A DNA stretch of 64,000 nt from a virus (lineage: Duplodnaviria; Caudoviricetes). Position numbers and translations under genes: made by a program. Location of the stretch: the IMG/VR virus record IMGVR_UViG_3300020371_000002; one strand, 5' to 3'. Numbering within the stretch: the first letter of the stretch is position 1; every line of letters begins with the position of its first letter. The notes beneath the pieces are model-generated. The model was not told the DNA's origin, ran no database searches, and saw only the letters and a list, made by a program, of their open reading frames with translations. This document shows positions 9,060 through 19,250 of the stretch, piece by piece.

Positions 9060-10166
9060 TCACTTCTGTGCGTTGAGTGCCTGCAGGTAAGCAGCCATGG
9101 AATTGGATACATCTCCAACTTCTTGACTGGTCTCTTCAGTTAACTCTTCGGCTACAGTTTCTTTCGGAGTGCTGGACTTTTGGGCGAAATACGCTTCTTT
9201 AAGGGTTTCCAGTTTCTCGCGATAGCTTTCTTCACTTTCAAACTCAACACCTTCTGCAAGGGAAGCAAGCTTTTCCTTTTGGGAAACAGCCAATCCTTCT
9301 GCAACATTATTAATGATCGTTTGAGCAGTTGCGTCACCCAGTCTCTTATTCAGTGCGACGTTTCTCTCAATCTGCTCGTTGAGTTTTGTCTCCATTTCAT
9401 CAAGTTTGTCTACCATAGACTCAAGTACATCGTATCTATCTTCAGGGATATTTACATAATGTGCTTCAAAAAGCTCTTTCATGCCTTCGAGGAAACTCTC
9501 GGTCATTTGAGTCTTGATACCACGCTCAACAGCGATAGCATTTTCCTCTAACCATTCCTCTGCGACATACTCAAGGTAGGAGTCGGTACGCTCGGTGAGT
9601 TCAACCTTGATAGTTTCTACTTCCTCAACGAGTTTTTTGTCGTACTCTTCCTGCAGATTCTTAGATACTTCATCTACTCTAGCGTTCAAGGCAGCCTCGA
9701 AAACAATCTTAGCCTTTTCCTTGAACTCTTCAGAGAGTTCTTCGCCACTCAGGAGGGCATTTACGTCCTCTTCGATAGCAGCTTCAACATTGACATCCTC
9801 TTGTTCCTGCACGACTTCTTCTTCAGTAGTTTCTTCTTCTGAAATTGTATCCTCAGCTTTTGCTTCGGCTTCTTCGCCATAACCAGTCTTCTTCAGACCA
9901 GCTGGCATTGGTTCGGCAGGTTTTGCACCCTTGTTCACTACATCCTTAACCTGCTTAATAGTCTTTTCAGGCGTCTTAAGCTTGTTAGAATCGTCATCTG
10001 GCTTAGAGTTCTCAGGGGTAGGACCACCGAGATCTTCTACTGCACCGTTATCGGGTACATAATTTGGTGCCTTTGGCATTGGATCGCCAGGCTTGGCGCC
10101 AGAATTGACTGCGGTTTTGGATTGCTTAGTGCCTGCTTCCATTTCCTGTAAATCCCCACGAGACAT
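9060..10166 (-). CDS. g22: Prohead core scaffold protein gp22
   Basis: Acidic coiled-coil protein (LSEEFKEKAKIVFEAAL, YLEYVAEEWLEENAIAVERG) directly before g23. Confidence 0.93.
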   Translation of the reverse strand: MSRGDLQEMEAGTKQSKTAVNSGAKPGDPMPKAPNYVPDNGAVEDLGGPTPENSKPDDDSNKLKTPEKTIKQVKDVVNKGAKPAEPMPAGLKKTGYGEEAEAKAEDTISEEETTEEEVVQEQEDVNVEAAIEEDVNALLSGEELSEEFKEKAKIVFEAALNARVDEVSKNLQEEYDKKLVEEVETIKVELTERTDSYLEYVAEEWLEENAIAVERGIKTQMTESFLEGMKELFEAHYVNIPEDRYDVLESMVDKLDEMETKLNEQIERNVALNKRLGDATAQTIINNVAEGLAVSQKEKLASLAEGVEFESEESYREKLETLKEAYFAQKSSTPKETVAEELTEETSQEVGDVSNSMAAYLQALNAQK

Positions 10167-10210
10167 TTGAACTCTCCTTTTAATCTGTTGTAGATATCGT
10201 AATCTATATT

Positions 10211-10218
10211 TATTTATA
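10211..10218 (-). promoter_or_regulatory. Late promoter (TATAAATA) for g22-g23
   Basis: Exact consensus, intergenic. Confidence 0.85.
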
Positions 10219-10220
10219 AA

Positions 10221-10952
10221 TCAGAGATTTGACAGGAAGGACTGGAACAACTCCAGTTTCTTCTCATCAAGTCTTCCTTGATCCACTAAGTTATTTATAG
10301 TTTGCTTAGTTTCTTCGATCTTTTCCTCTACTTTAGCTTCAACTACAGCAGGGGTTTCGATCACTGCAACTGGTTCAACAGGTGCAGATTCGGTGAATGT
10401 GTTGCGTGCTTTGAGGATTCCAGCATCCCAAATCCACTCTACACCTTCCATGATTCCGTTTACGAAAGCATCTGGGGCAGAGGGATCTGCAACAATGTCA
10501 GCAGCAGTTGCTAACATGAAGTCCTCTCCAACAACTTTATAGCCTTCCTGTGTGTCACGAAGACTACCCATACCTCTTGAAGAAACTCCAAGAGTTACAC
10601 CTTCGTCCAATAAGGACTTTGCAATAACACCCATAGGAGTGTCGAGCAGTTTTGCTTTACCTACAAAATTAGAACCCTCTCTTACAAGAGATGTAATCTT
10701 GTGGGAAACTCTATCTAGATTAACAGTAGGTCCCTCAGGGTGACCAAGTTCACCAAGAGCGCGTCCCTTAGAAATGAAAGACTCGGTATATCTGTTTACT
10801 TCTTTTTCAAGAATTTCAACAGGATACATACGATTATTTCTATTCTTCAGGTTTCCTTGCAGGAAGACACCCTCAATAAACATAGATTTCTTGCCGTCTT
10901 TTTCTTCGACAAGAATCTTACACTGTTCGATTTCTTCTGTGATGAGTTTCAT
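10221..10952 (-). CDS. g21: Prohead protease gp21
   Basis: IEGVFLQ, NRNNRMYP, RALGELGHP, NLDRVSH, LGVSSRGMGS, ADIVADPSAPDAFV. Confidence 0.96.
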   Translation of the reverse strand: MKLITEEIEQCKILVEEKDGKKSMFIEGVFLQGNLKNRNNRMYPVEILEKEVNRYTESFISKGRALGELGHPEGPTVNLDRVSHKITSLVREGSNFVGKAKLLDTPMGVIAKSLLDEGVTLGVSSRGMGSLRDTQEGYKVVGEDFMLATAADIVADPSAPDAFVNGIMEGVEWIWDAGILKARNTFTESAPVEPVAVIETPAVVEAKVEEKIEETKQTINNLVDQGRLDEKKLELFQSFLSNL

Positions 10953-10964
10953 TTTAAGTAAAGC

Positions 10965-11285
10965 TTAGTTTTCTTCTTCATCATCTGGAGTCTCTACTTC
11001 CGCAGTAGGACTTTCAATCTCTTCTTCCTCAGAAGAATCTGTTTCTACTTCATCAGTAGGTTGTTGATCTGCATCTACCTCAGCTTCTGCTTCGGGAGAT
11101 ACTTCGTCTGTTTCAGTAGGAGGTTCATCCAGATAAGGATTTGGTCCACCAAACATGGACGCAGTAACCGCAGGGGTAACAACATCAACATTGTCAGAAG
11201 CCTTCTTAGTCAAAAGGTCTTTGATCTTAGAATGAATATCTGTAGGAGACTCATTCCCAGCGACCATATTAATTAAATCATCCAT
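10965..11285 (-). CDS. Small acidic prohead-core-like protein (gp67/68 position)
   Basis: 106 aa with a very acidic C-terminal half, between g20 and g21, with its own late promoter. Confidence 0.6.
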   Translation of the reverse strand: MDDLINMVAGNESPTDIHSKIKDLLTKKASDNVDVVTPAVTASMFGGPNPYLDEPPTETDEVSPEAEAEVDADQQPTDEVETDSSEEEEIESPTAEVETPDDEEEN

Positions 11286-11307
11286 AATTATGTATTGGCT
11301 ACACGCC

Positions 11308-11315
11308 TATTTATC
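11308..11315 (-). promoter_or_regulatory. Late promoter (GATAAATA)
   Basis: Intergenic after the g20 stop. Confidence 0.65.
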
Positions 11316-11321
11316 ACTTTA

Positions 11322-12989
11322 TTAGATTTCCCCACCCTGAGGCATTTCAGGAGCCTCTGTGGCACTACCATCTAGCTCAGGTTCTGTGACTGGTTGTCCC
11401 ATATCCATTCCCATTGCTGCACCCATTTCTGCTTGTTGTGCAACTACTGGGTCCATGATAGTTCCGTCTTTAATCTCCTTTTCAATTTCCTTATCCATTT
11501 CCTCAATTTCAGTATCAGTGAACTTGAGAATATTTCTTCTAACATAACCTGCAGAGAAATACTTTCCAAGATAAGGTTCAACGGCGCCGACGACGGCTAA
11601 CCTTTCATTCATCAACTCAGTTTCTTTGAGTTCAGAGAAATGATTATCATAAACGAAATCGTATTGAATGTGATCCTTCAAAGTTTCCCAATCTTCAGGA
11701 GAAACAATGTTCTTAAGAATCAACTGAGTTTTCAACATATCATTGAAGACTCCAGAGAATCTCTTTCTCATTCTCCCTACAAACTTAGTAAACTTGATTT
11801 CGTCTCTAAGAATTTCGGAAGAACGACCAAGGTTGAAACCCTCTCCAGATCCAGCAATACGAGACTCTGGAACACCAAGAGCTCTGTATAGTTTCTTCTG
11901 GAAATACTCGATGTCAGACAGTTCACCTAAGTTCTGTCCGCCAGGAAGAGTAGTGATTTCTGTTCCGCGACCACCTTCACGACGAGGGAGCCAGAAATCT
12001 TCAAGCATACTCATATGCTTGCGGTCATCCTTAATCTCTCCTGTCGATGCGTTATAAACCAGTTTGTTACGATAACGGTTCATAACATCACGCAGGTATT
12101 GTTCTGCTTTAATTTTTGGCAGATTACCAACGTCAATATAAAAGATTCTTCTTTCAGGAGCTCGCGATAGTCTGTAGATAACCAAAGAATCCTCAATCAT
12201 TCTAAGTTGATTGAGTGCCTTGATAGACTTATGCAAGTATGAAAGAACAGTCTGTTTATTTCTATCAACTAGGCCAGAGTGGCAGAAGGTAATTGAATCG
12301 GGTGCAATCTTGACTTTCGCCATTTGGTCTTTAAAGGCTGGTTGACCAATAGCACCAAGATTGTTTTTAGCCTGACCGACTTGTGGATCATACAGGTAAT
12401 ACTCATCAATCTGTGGAGTTTCCACAGTCTCAGCACCAATTCTTTTGATTACTGAGTTAAGACTCTTATCCTTGTTTTTAAGTTTACGAACAAACTTAAT
12501 TTTGAGTGGATCGATATATCTTACTTCTTTGAGACCGTCTTCTGGTTTGTTGATATCAATTACCTTGTGGTAAAAGACTCGCCCATCCACATACCAGTTT
12601 CTTAGAATCTCGTGACACTTTCTATCAAAGTCTAGTAACTCTTTGACTTTGGTAAATTCTGCCCTAATTAATTTCTTTAAAGAATCCGACCCAGGGACGT
12701 TCTCCAAGTCAATCTGGACTGGAGAATCGTTTTGGTCGGATACAATTGCTTCGTTTATAATATCTTCAATGGCGCTATCCACTTCTGGATGAAGCGCCAT
12801 CTCTCTATAACGTTTGATGAGATCAGCTTCGGACTTATAAACTCCGTCGATGTCTACATACTGACCGTAAAAGCCACTTGATACATAATAGTCCGAAGAG
12901 TCCTCATCAGTTCTAGGTACTGGAGATACAATCCCCTTGGAGTTATCCTTAGACTCGTCCTCTATTTTGAAACCAAATAATTTAGCCAT
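11322..12989 (-). CDS. g20: Portal vertex protein gp20
   Basis: LRMIEDSLVIYRLSRAPERRIFYIDVGNLPK, EDFWLPRREGGRGTEITTLPGGQNLG. Confidence 0.98.
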   Translation of the reverse strand: MAKLFGFKIEDESKDNSKGIVSPVPRTDEDSSDYYVSSGFYGQYVDIDGVYKSEADLIKRYREMALHPEVDSAIEDIINEAIVSDQNDSPVQIDLENVPGSDSLKKLIRAEFTKVKELLDFDRKCHEILRNWYVDGRVFYHKVIDINKPEDGLKEVRYIDPLKIKFVRKLKNKDKSLNSVIKRIGAETVETPQIDEYYLYDPQVGQAKNNLGAIGQPAFKDQMAKVKIAPDSITFCHSGLVDRNKQTVLSYLHKSIKALNQLRMIEDSLVIYRLSRAPERRIFYIDVGNLPKIKAEQYLRDVMNRYRNKLVYNASTGEIKDDRKHMSMLEDFWLPRREGGRGTEITTLPGGQNLGELSDIEYFQKKLYRALGVPESRIAGSGEGFNLGRSSEILRDEIKFTKFVGRMRKRFSGVFNDMLKTQLILKNIVSPEDWETLKDHIQYDFVYDNHFSELKETELMNERLAVVGAVEPYLGKYFSAGYVRRNILKFTDTEIEEMDKEIEKEIKDGTIMDPVVAQQAEMGAAMGMDMGQPVTEPELDGSATEAPEMPQGGEI

Positions 12990-13018
12990 GAATCAAGTAA
13001 TATGGGCTGTTACCCATC

Positions 13019-13026
13019 TATTTATC
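13019..13026 (-). promoter_or_regulatory. Late promoter (GATAAATA) for g20
   Basis: Intergenic between g19 and g20. Confidence 0.65.
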
Positions 13027-13042
13027 AACTCAGAGTTGGACC

Positions 13043-13732
13043 TCAAAGTTGAGTGTTTTGTACCACTTCTTCTTCAGATTTAAGAATAGTCTTGCCCTCA
13101 GTGTCAAGAGCATCCCACCATTGAACTTGAAGATCTACAGTAAACTCTTCGATAGTATCGGAGTTATCGTAGGAAACTTCAATTGCACCAACATTAGTTG
13201 GGAACACACCATGGAAAAGATATGACTTGAGAACAGGAACATTTGAACCCGCTTTAATGGGTGCATTTCCTGGACCAGGTTGAGCAACATTTGTACTCTT
13301 GATAGTATTTCTACCGAGTTGATGAACTCTAGCATCACACTGATATTGTGCTGGATTGATGTAACCAGTAGCATTGTCATGCTTATTGATTCCATTCATC
13401 CATCTCTCAAATGCATTTCTGATACCGAAATCGATATCATTGATAACAGTGATTGTCCAGACATCGAATGTTCTGTCACCAGCAATCTTGAGATTTCTTC
13501 CTCTGAAAGGAACCTCGATTACATTGATGTTAGAAGCAGGAAGGTTAGCAGCCTTAACTAAGAACCTTGAATTGTCGAGCATTTTAGTGTCCGAGCCCCC
13601 TTCCACGAAGGAAGGGAACTGGAGCTCGACCTCGAACATATTGGGTCTCGCAGCACCACCGATCAATTTCGATTTGAAATCCTCAATGGTTCTCTGGGAG
13701 ATCTGGGGATGATTTTTTGAAAAGTTAGCCAT
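13043..13732 (-). CDS. g19: Tail tube protein gp19
   Basis: GAARPNMFEV, VPFRGRNLKIAGDRTFDVWTITVIND, FPTNVGAIEVSYD, IEEFTVDLQVQWW. Confidence 0.96.
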   Translation of the reverse strand: MANFSKNHPQISQRTIEDFKSKLIGGAARPNMFEVELQFPSFVEGGSDTKMLDNSRFLVKAANLPASNINVIEVPFRGRNLKIAGDRTFDVWTITVINDIDFGIRNAFERWMNGINKHDNATGYINPAQYQCDARVHQLGRNTIKSTNVAQPGPGNAPIKAGSNVPVLKSYLFHGVFPTNVGAIEVSYDNSDTIEEFTVDLQVQWWDALDTEGKTILKSEEEVVQNTQL

Positions 13733-13772
13733 CGTTAATGAGACCTCTAGTGGATTTTGTTAAACTAATTGA

Positions 13773-16187
13773 TCAGACAGCACCGATCACTTCATCGAAA
13801 CTGATACCAGATCTTGTAGCAACGAATGTAAGACCGATGAAGTTAATCGATCTTGCAGGCTTGACGAAGATGTCAGCCTTGAACTGGTTAGCGTCAATTA
13901 CATCGGGGGTGTTATTAGTTTCGTCGCAGATAACTACGAAGTCACTAATACCTCTCTTTGCCTTAACATCGCGGAGATATGGTTCTACGATATTGAGGAA
14001 GTTAGTTCTGGTGAGAACATCGTTGAACTCAAACAGTTGAGCTTTTGCAGCTCTCTCGATTGTTGACTCGATAGTGAGGAACAAACGACGAACGTTGATT
14101 CTGTCGAATGCAGAAGCAACCTTCAGAGCAGTCTTATCTCCGAAGAGAACCATGCCAGCACCAGGGCTAAACATGACTGGGTTAACTCTCTTAGGATAAA
14201 GAAGATCTCTTTGTGCCTGAGATGGATTGAATGCAAGTTTAATTGCATTGTTGATGGTTCCTCTAGTTGCACCAGCGGGGGAGAACCATGGGAAAGAATT
14301 GATGGAAGTTCTTGCCATCAAACCAGCAACGTCACCATTCAGAGGAATGTATCTGAATGAATTGTTGAATCTGTCATACATGTACTTGTATCCAGAATCA
14401 AACACTGCATAAGAACTCGAAGGCAGTGCATCATAGAACTGGATAATACCAGAAGTCTGTGCATCAGAACTAGTGACATTAACGACACTGGCTCTGTGTG
14501 GAGAAATACATGCGATGCAATCCTTACGAGTTTCTGCAATCTGAATCAGTTTTGAAGCCTTCGCTTGCGATTCGTAGATCGAAGCGCCACCAGATGGTCC
14601 GTTGATGAGGAAGTTTACAGAGTATTCTGCGGGATTCTCCAGAACGGAATAACCACCAACTACATCTCCCAGTTCGACGTTGAATCTATCGACTCCACCG
14701 TAATCACTACCACTTGCAAGAGACCAGCTCTTAGAACCGATTGCGTTGAAAGTTGTAGATTGTGCGTTTCCGCCCCATGCACCAGTAGAGTCTACTGTGT
14801 ATCCACCCATAGAGGTGAACTTAGTACCAGTACCTGTGTGTGCAGCTCCCACAAAGATATACTCAGAGAACTGTGCAACATAGTCCTTATAGTAAACAGC
14901 GGTAGAAGGAGAAACCTTAGCATCTGCTGCCTTAGAAAGATTTGTCCACTTCTCGATGATATTACCAGAACTTCCAGTAATGTCTCCATTGTCATCAACA
15001 ATGGCAACGTGGATTTCATCATGTTCGCCCATTCTGTCTGCAGTATATTCAGAAGTCTTAGGACGATCTGCAATAGACTTCCAGTAAACAGTGCTGTTGG
15101 TGAGACCAAGAGTTTGTTGGTTATACCAGTCGGTTGCAGTATTTACATTAGAGAGGGTAAGTCCAGAACCAATACCTGACTTAATGATGAACGTGGTATT
15201 TGCCATACCAACACCAGCAGTCTGGTTAAGAATGACACCTGGATTAGAAGCCGTTGTAAATCCAACAACAGTTGCAGTCAGTGTTCCGTTAAGGGACTTC
15301 AGAGTGTCACCGAAAGTGACATATCTGCTATCAAAACTATCGAAACTTACAATAGAAGAACCAGATCCAACAGATCCACCGAATCTGTATCTCTCAATTT
15401 GCTGCTCAGTACCTGCATCGTTGTAGATTCTGTATCTGTTAGCAAAGTTTTCACTTGTAAGGGTACTAATACCAACGAAGAGGTTAGCGTCGTAACCTTG
15501 GAATGCCTTAGTAACACTTCCTTCCTCGTATGCAACCTTCGACCATGTAGTCGTTGCGTTGTCATAAATGGAGGTCAGTTTAACATCAACAGATCCCTCA
15601 TTGATCTGTGTGATCATTCCCTTCAGGAATCCAGTTTCAACCCCAACAGTACCATCAGACTTAGCTACGGAAGTTGAGAATCCTGCAGTAATTGCATATC
15701 CAACTGCAAGTCCATCTGTACCGATTGCAAGTCTCTGATCTGCAAGAGAGTCAATTACACAAACTCTTAAGTTGTTTGCCCAAGATCCAGGGTTTCTAGC
15801 AGCATAGTGCCAGTCATCCGAAACTGTGTGATTTGTGTAATAATCCTCTTGGGATAAAATCTTTAAGTTAGTAACAGCCGCTGCAGTCGGGGCGTTCGCG
15901 TTAACGAGACCCGTTCCACCGTCAGTTCTAATAACTCTTAGGACACCACCATATGAAAGATATGAAGAAGCGGTGTGCCAATATTCGTACTGTCCATCAG
16001 CAGAGTAAGGCTTTCCAAACGTATTGAGCAGATCCTGTTCCGTTTCAATCAGGACAGGTACTCCGACTGGACCCTTAGCGAAAGGACCAGCAATAGCACC
16101 AACTTGATCATTGATGTCGTCAATTCTGCCAATAGTTAAGTCAACTTCTCTTACTTTGACTCCTGGTGATACTAAATTTAACGCCAT
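13773..16187 (-). CDS. g18: Tail sheath protein gp18
   Basis: LVSPGVKVREVDLT N-terminus; GDKTAL...SAFDRINVRRLF, FEFND..TRTNF, KPARSINFIGLTF C-terminus. Confidence 0.97.
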   Translation of the reverse strand: MALNLVSPGVKVREVDLTIGRIDDINDQVGAIAGPFAKGPVGVPVLIETEQDLLNTFGKPYSADGQYEYWHTASSYLSYGGVLRVIRTDGGTGLVNANAPTAAAVTNLKILSQEDYYTNHTVSDDWHYAARNPGSWANNLRVCVIDSLADQRLAIGTDGLAVGYAITAGFSTSVAKSDGTVGVETGFLKGMITQINEGSVDVKLTSIYDNATTTWSKVAYEEGSVTKAFQGYDANLFVGISTLTSENFANRYRIYNDAGTEQQIERYRFGGSVGSGSSIVSFDSFDSRYVTFGDTLKSLNGTLTATVVGFTTASNPGVILNQTAGVGMANTTFIIKSGIGSGLTLSNVNTATDWYNQQTLGLTNSTVYWKSIADRPKTSEYTADRMGEHDEIHVAIVDDNGDITGSSGNIIEKWTNLSKAADAKVSPSTAVYYKDYVAQFSEYIFVGAAHTGTGTKFTSMGGYTVDSTGAWGGNAQSTTFNAIGSKSWSLASGSDYGGVDRFNVELGDVVGGYSVLENPAEYSVNFLINGPSGGASIYESQAKASKLIQIAETRKDCIACISPHRASVVNVTSSDAQTSGIIQFYDALPSSSYAVFDSGYKYMYDRFNNSFRYIPLNGDVAGLMARTSINSFPWFSPAGATRGTINNAIKLAFNPSQAQRDLLYPKRVNPVMFSPGAGMVLFGDKTALKVASAFDRINVRRLFLTIESTIERAAKAQLFEFNDVLTRTNFLNIVEPYLRDVKAKRGISDFVVICDETNNTPDVIDANQFKADIFVKPARSINFIGLTFVATRSGISFDEVIGAV

Positions 16188-16224
16188 GTCTTAGTCCTCT
16201 GGAAGAAGTTCATTTCTCTGTTAT

Positions 16225-16232
16225 TATTTAGA
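16225..16232 (-). promoter_or_regulatory. Late promoter (TCTAAATA) for g18-g19
   Basis: Intergenic upstream of g18. Confidence 0.7.
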
Positions 16233-16272
16233 AATTGCTACTTTTCCACTGGGGAAACAATGCACGAACCCC

Positions 16273-16491
16273 CTACCAGTCTGGATACACGTCTTCCCTT
16301 TCTCTACGCCTTTTAGATCTAACTCTCTTCTTTGTACACTCTTTACACTCATATGAATATGCAGATCTATTTGCTCTATTTCTTCGAGTCAAATAAAAAT
16401 CAGATAATAGATCTTTGACTTTTCCACAAGACCTACACTTCCTCTCTTGCAGAAAAAGATGTTCTAAGTCAAACTGATCATCAAGGTTCAT
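16273..16491 (-). CDS. Small CxxC...CxxC putative zinc-binding protein
   Basis: 72 aa, CRSC...YECKEC, basic C-terminus; TAATG coupling to the upstream gene. Confidence 0.7.
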   Translation of the reverse strand: MNLDDQFDLEHLFLQERKCRSCGKVKDLLSDFYLTRRNRANRSAYSYECKECTKKRVRSKRRREREDVYPDW

Positions 16492-16685
16492 TATTTTTCG
16501 GCTGCATATAATGCAAACGTTGATGTTGTGATAACGGTCATCATGTTAGCAATATGTTGTTTATCTGCCTCTCCGCACTTATTATCTTTGGCGGTAAAAC
16601 AACCTACTATGGTTGCTGCTACTATTGCTAGTTGGAAAAAGATGACGAATCTTATTAGGTTTATGACTTGTTTTTTAGTTTCCAT
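16491..16685 (-). CDS. Small hypothetical membrane protein
   Basis: Two hydrophobic segments. ATG at 16685 (METKKQV) overlaps the g17 stop as TAATG. Confidence 0.65.
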   Translation of the reverse strand: METKKQVINLIRFVIFFQLAIVAATIVGCFTAKDNKCGEADKQHIANMMTVITTSTFALYAAEK

Positions 16686-18340
16686 TAGTAATACTCCCAC
16701 ATATAAGACCTATCACCATATTCATCAACATTCCATCTATCACCTGCACCGTCTACAAATGACTCAGTATCATCAAGACCATCACTCATGAATCCAAACG
16801 GAGCCATATCTTGTTCGATCTGATTCTTTTGTTCATCATATAATCTTTTACGGATATCATCATCCGTCATCTCCTTAAAGTAATCTTGAGCAACTAACCA
16901 TGCAAAGATTACGAGACACATTGCGAGGTCATCATTACATCCTTCTTCTGCCTGGAATGTATTCTTTGTTTGAATGAACGTGGTCAACTCAGCAATAGTA
17001 TCATAGTCACAAAGAAGAAGTTTATCGGATTCGATTAATGACTTTAAGTTCAATGATCCAATTTGTTTAACCGTCTTACTCATCTTGACACCCAGTTGTG
17101 TCTTCTTACCAGAAAATCCTTGTCCTACAACTTGACCTGCTCTACCTCTCATTGAACACATCAAAAGGTTCTGATATTCTAAGTCATAGTTTATGATTGA
17201 TGCAACTTGATCACCAATATCATTCACTTCACATAAGATATAAGCATTATTATATGCCTTTGCAAACTCATAGATGACACTAGGAAAGATCATAGGTTTG
17301 ATCGTATTGTTCCTATATTTTGCAACTAACTTGTATGGGAACTCTGTGACATCAAACACACAAAAGGCAGAGTAATCTTTTTCTACACCTCTAGCAACGT
17401 CAACAGTTACGACATAATTGTGTTCTGATTTAGGGTTTTCAAATATATCTCCACCATTACTTCTACCAATAGGATCATCATACGATAAAGCTTTCAATTT
17501 TGCAGGAGCAATCAACGTATCAATAGATCCTAAGAACTCACACTCAAACTCAACTCGGAACTGTTGTTCTGATGTGTTCTTAATTGTTTGTTCTTTCCAC
17601 GCCTCGTCTCTACCTGGAACTTCTGACCAATGAACATCTGTAGTTACATATTCATTCCTACCAAGTTCCGCATCATGCCATAATCTATAGAAGTGATTCA
17701 TACCCTTGGGGGTAGAAACGATAATCACTTTTGTAGATTTACCAGATGAAATCGTAGGATATACAGAACTGAAGAAGTCGTCTGCAATATGGTTTGGAAT
17801 GAACGCAAATTCGTCCAAGAAGATGATGTTGAAAGACATACCACGAACAGCAGAAGCAGATGTCGATGCAGCAACAATCTTTGATTTATTTTCTAGTTCC
17901 ATAGAACCCTTGTTCCATGCAACGATACCCTGTTGCATCCACATGGGTAGAGCTTCATATGCTGTTTGAAGTCTTCCTAATAGTTCTCTGGCAGTTGCAG
18001 CTTTGTTTGCAAGTATACCAATATTAACGCTATCGTTGAAGAGTGCATAATGGAGGAGATACGAAACAACGGTTGTTGACTTTCCCGACTGTCGGGGCAT
18101 CTTACAGATGTTGAATCTATTTCCATGGAAGTTTCTTACTAATTTTTCCTGAAAGGGGTACATTTCAAAAGGTACAAGACCTTTATCAAGGTTAATGATT
18201 CTGATATACTTTTCAGTAAAATATACAGGATCGTCTTTACACTTCAAATACTCCCTGATATTATCTTCTGTCCAATCTACAGCTACATTAGCTTTCTTTA
18301 GATTGGGATTACCAAGATATACGTCAGCTTGATTTACCAT
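16685..18340 (-). CDS. g17: Terminase large subunit gp17
   Basis: PRQSGKST Walker A, IIFLDEFAF Walker B, STPKGMNHFY, DVARGVEKDYSA, NDDLAMC. Confidence 0.98.
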   Translation of the reverse strand: MVNQADVYLGNPNLKKANVAVDWTEDNIREYLKCKDDPVYFTEKYIRIINLDKGLVPFEMYPFQEKLVRNFHGNRFNICKMPRQSGKSTTVVSYLLHYALFNDSVNIGILANKAATARELLGRLQTAYEALPMWMQQGIVAWNKGSMELENKSKIVAASTSASAVRGMSFNIIFLDEFAFIPNHIADDFFSSVYPTISSGKSTKVIIVSTPKGMNHFYRLWHDAELGRNEYVTTDVHWSEVPGRDEAWKEQTIKNTSEQQFRVEFECEFLGSIDTLIAPAKLKALSYDDPIGRSNGGDIFENPKSEHNYVVTVDVARGVEKDYSAFCVFDVTEFPYKLVAKYRNNTIKPMIFPSVIYEFAKAYNNAYILCEVNDIGDQVASIINYDLEYQNLLMCSMRGRAGQVVGQGFSGKKTQLGVKMSKTVKQIGSLNLKSLIESDKLLLCDYDTIAELTTFIQTKNTFQAEEGCNDDLAMCLVIFAWLVAQDYFKEMTDDDIRKRLYDEQKNQIEQDMAPFGFMSDGLDDTESFVDGAGDRWNVDEYGDRSYMWEYY

Positions 18341-18527
18341 TTTTCACTTTCCTCAATGCTAACAGAATCATTTGTAACTCGGAACTACTTCTGAGTTCCT
18401 TTGCGGTTATATCTGGTGATTTTAATTTAGGGCTTCTTTGTTTTAAAGCACCAACCTTTAACATATTAGTAAGTGCTTGTTCCAGTTCTTTTCTGGCACT
18501 ATTTCTTTTCTTCACCAGTCCCACCAT
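18324..18527 (-). CDS. Possible small basic hypothetical protein between g16 and g17
   Basis: 67-aa ORF filling the 158-nt gap and overlapping both neighbours; no recognisable motif. Confidence 0.35.
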   Translation of the reverse strand: MVGLVKKRNSARKELEQALTNMLKVGALKQRSPKLKSPDITAKELRSSSELQMILLALRKVKNGKSS

Positions 18528-18930
18528 TTTTTAGAAATTTTTGCAAGTCAGCTGTAGATCCAATAAACAGTGCATTATTCGTCACACTGTTTGGACCCTT
18601 TGCATCTTCTTTATTTAAGTCTTTCATCTTTTGTTGCAGATCAATTAACTTATCCGTAGCATCTGCAACGTTCTTAATTAACTGACCAGCAACCTCGTAT
18701 GCTCTTGGAGAATCACTTTCCTGCGATAACTCAAGAATTCCATTTACAGCCTCTTGACCTTTTTCAATCAAAGAGTACAATTGAGCTCTTGTGTACTCAT
18801 AATCTTTTTCAGACTCCTGTTTACCATCTCTGATTTTAGGAGGTGCCTTAGGTTTCTTCACAATCTCCTTATCTACTGGAGTTGCTTCAATGTCTAATGC
18901 CTGATCAATTTTATCAAATTCACTACTCAT
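18499..18930 (-). CDS. g16: Terminase small subunit gp16
   Basis: DYEYTRAQLYSLIEKGQEA, SPRAYEVAGQLIKNVAD, NNALFIGSTADLQKFL. Confidence 0.94.
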   Translation of the reverse strand: MSSEFDKIDQALDIEATPVDKEIVKKPKAPPKIRDGKQESEKDYEYTRAQLYSLIEKGQEAVNGILELSQESDSPRAYEVAGQLIKNVADATDKLIDLQQKMKDLNKEDAKGPNSVTNNALFIGSTADLQKFLKNGGTGEEKK

Positions 18931-18935
18931 TATGT

Positions 18936-19250
18936 TTATTCTGTATATGGGTATTTAGCTCTTATTTCTGCAACCTTTGAATCGTAATCGGATTGAGTTG
19001 CTTCTCCTCTCTGAACTTTGAAGAAGAGGGGATCTGCTTCATTGAGAAATGCCTGTTGACGTTGAAACCTATTGTATTCGTTGAGTGCCAATTTGTCCTC
19101 TTCAACAGCAGCTGCATCCACGAGACTTTGATCGAATTCAAAAGGCGTGGTATCACTGATATCTCTATCAAAAACCCCAATGTCATCTTGAATTAAAAGA
19201 TTCTTATCAGGATACGCTTTGCGAATTGCTCTATGATTGTATTTCATCAC
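18936..19250 (-). CDS. Putative fibre assembly chaperone
   Basis: C-terminal RQQAFLNEADPLFFKVQRGE...KVAEIRAKYP is typical of small chaperones that follow phage fibre genes; 4-nt overlap with the fibre gene. Confidence 0.6.
   Translation of the reverse strand: MMKYNHRAIRKAYPDKNLLIQDDIGVFDRDISDTTPFEFDQSLVDAAAVEEDKLALNEYNRFQRQQAFLNEADPLFFKVQRGEATQSDYDSKVAEIRAKYPYTE

Noticed and set aside
10300-10420. Ala/Pro/Val/Glu-rich insert near the gp21 C-terminus
   Set aside because: Short low-complexity linker outside the catalytic core; ordinary variation.
16240-16272. GGGG...CCCC element upstream of the g18 promoter as a terminator or ncRNA
   Set aside because: Weak 4-bp stem with a long loop and no U-tract; cannot be supported without comparative data.
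16685-18340. Intron/intein in terminase, or in g20/g23/g46/g47
   Set aside because: All are continuous and of ordinary length; no LAGLIDADG/HNH/HINT motifs seen.
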